Below the pieces are notes generated by a model that saw nothing but the letters and a program-made list of their open reading frames with translations, was not told the DNA's origin and ran no database searches. A stretch of DNA of 64,000 nucleotides from Squalus acanthias (Eukaryota): the NCBI GenBank assembly GCA_030390025.1, contig CM059447.1, forward strand, positions 33,604,001 to 33,668,000. Direction: 5' to 3'. Below, piece after piece: positions 63,652-64,000 of the stretch. Made by a program: the position numbers and the translations under genes. Numbering within the stretch: position 1 is the stretch's first letter; each line of letters starts with the position of its first letter.

Positions 63652-63817
63652 GGGGTTGAATTTCCATGGGAATTGTCTCGATCGTCCACCGTAACTTTGA
63701 CGGAAGATCCGCGGAAACCCCAGAGAAATGGCGTAAACGCCGTTTACATCATTTCTGCAGATCTTCTGCCAGAATTACAGCAGGCAGTCCGGAGAACCTT
63801 TGCCGAAATTCAACCCC
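63652..63817. mobile_element. 166-bp foldback MITE
   Basis: Perfect 13-bp TIRs GGGGTTGAATTTC / GAAATTCAACCCC; centre AGAAATGGCGTAAAC-GCC-GTTTACATCATTTCT. Confidence 0.8.
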
Positions 63818-64000
63818 TCTATCTTCAAAAATCTGCTAGTTACACCAAGCCTTCAGTCATTTTATTAAAATGAAGTTGAGATGGAGGGATAAATGTCTCA
63901 AGAAAATAACAAAATATAAACATAAAATTCAGGAGTTACACAGCAAGGTTAATCAGCATCTGCAGGAGAAAGAAAGATGCACATTGAGGTGTGAGACTTC

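Noticed and set aside
1-64000. CRISPR array, rRNA, or prokaryotic/viral operon
   Set aside because: No regularly spaced direct repeats, rRNA-like tracts or gene-dense segments were seen; the content is typical vertebrate repeat DNA.

Overview
This is repeat-rich vertebrate genomic DNA with no recognisable intact host gene, so it is probably intronic or intergenic. The repeat set (Deu-domain tRNA SINEs, CR1 and L2 LINEs, a Penelope 3' fragment) suggests a cartilaginous fish; that assignment is an inference. The window is dominated by PIF/Harbinger DNA transposons. There are two near-full-length decayed copies (5318-9699, 46340-50369), each with a HARBI1-like DDE transposase on + and a convergent spliced Myb/SANT-like gene on -. 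There are also four partial or deletion derivatives, two older Myb-exon relics and many MITEs, several with 3-bp TSDs. Nested insertions are frequent. The most notable observations are: (1) two diverged ~750-bp MITEs that conserve three palindromic stems with compensatory substitutions, an NRF1-type motif and three GTAAGT donors at conserved spacing; (2) a minimal hammerhead ribozyme in a TSD-flanked Penelope fragment; (3) a Harbinger Myb partner protein with a variable-copy heptad repeat and a CpG-eroded AT-hook-like/RRSTR tail. All calls were made by eye, and boundaries without a TIR or TSD are approximate.
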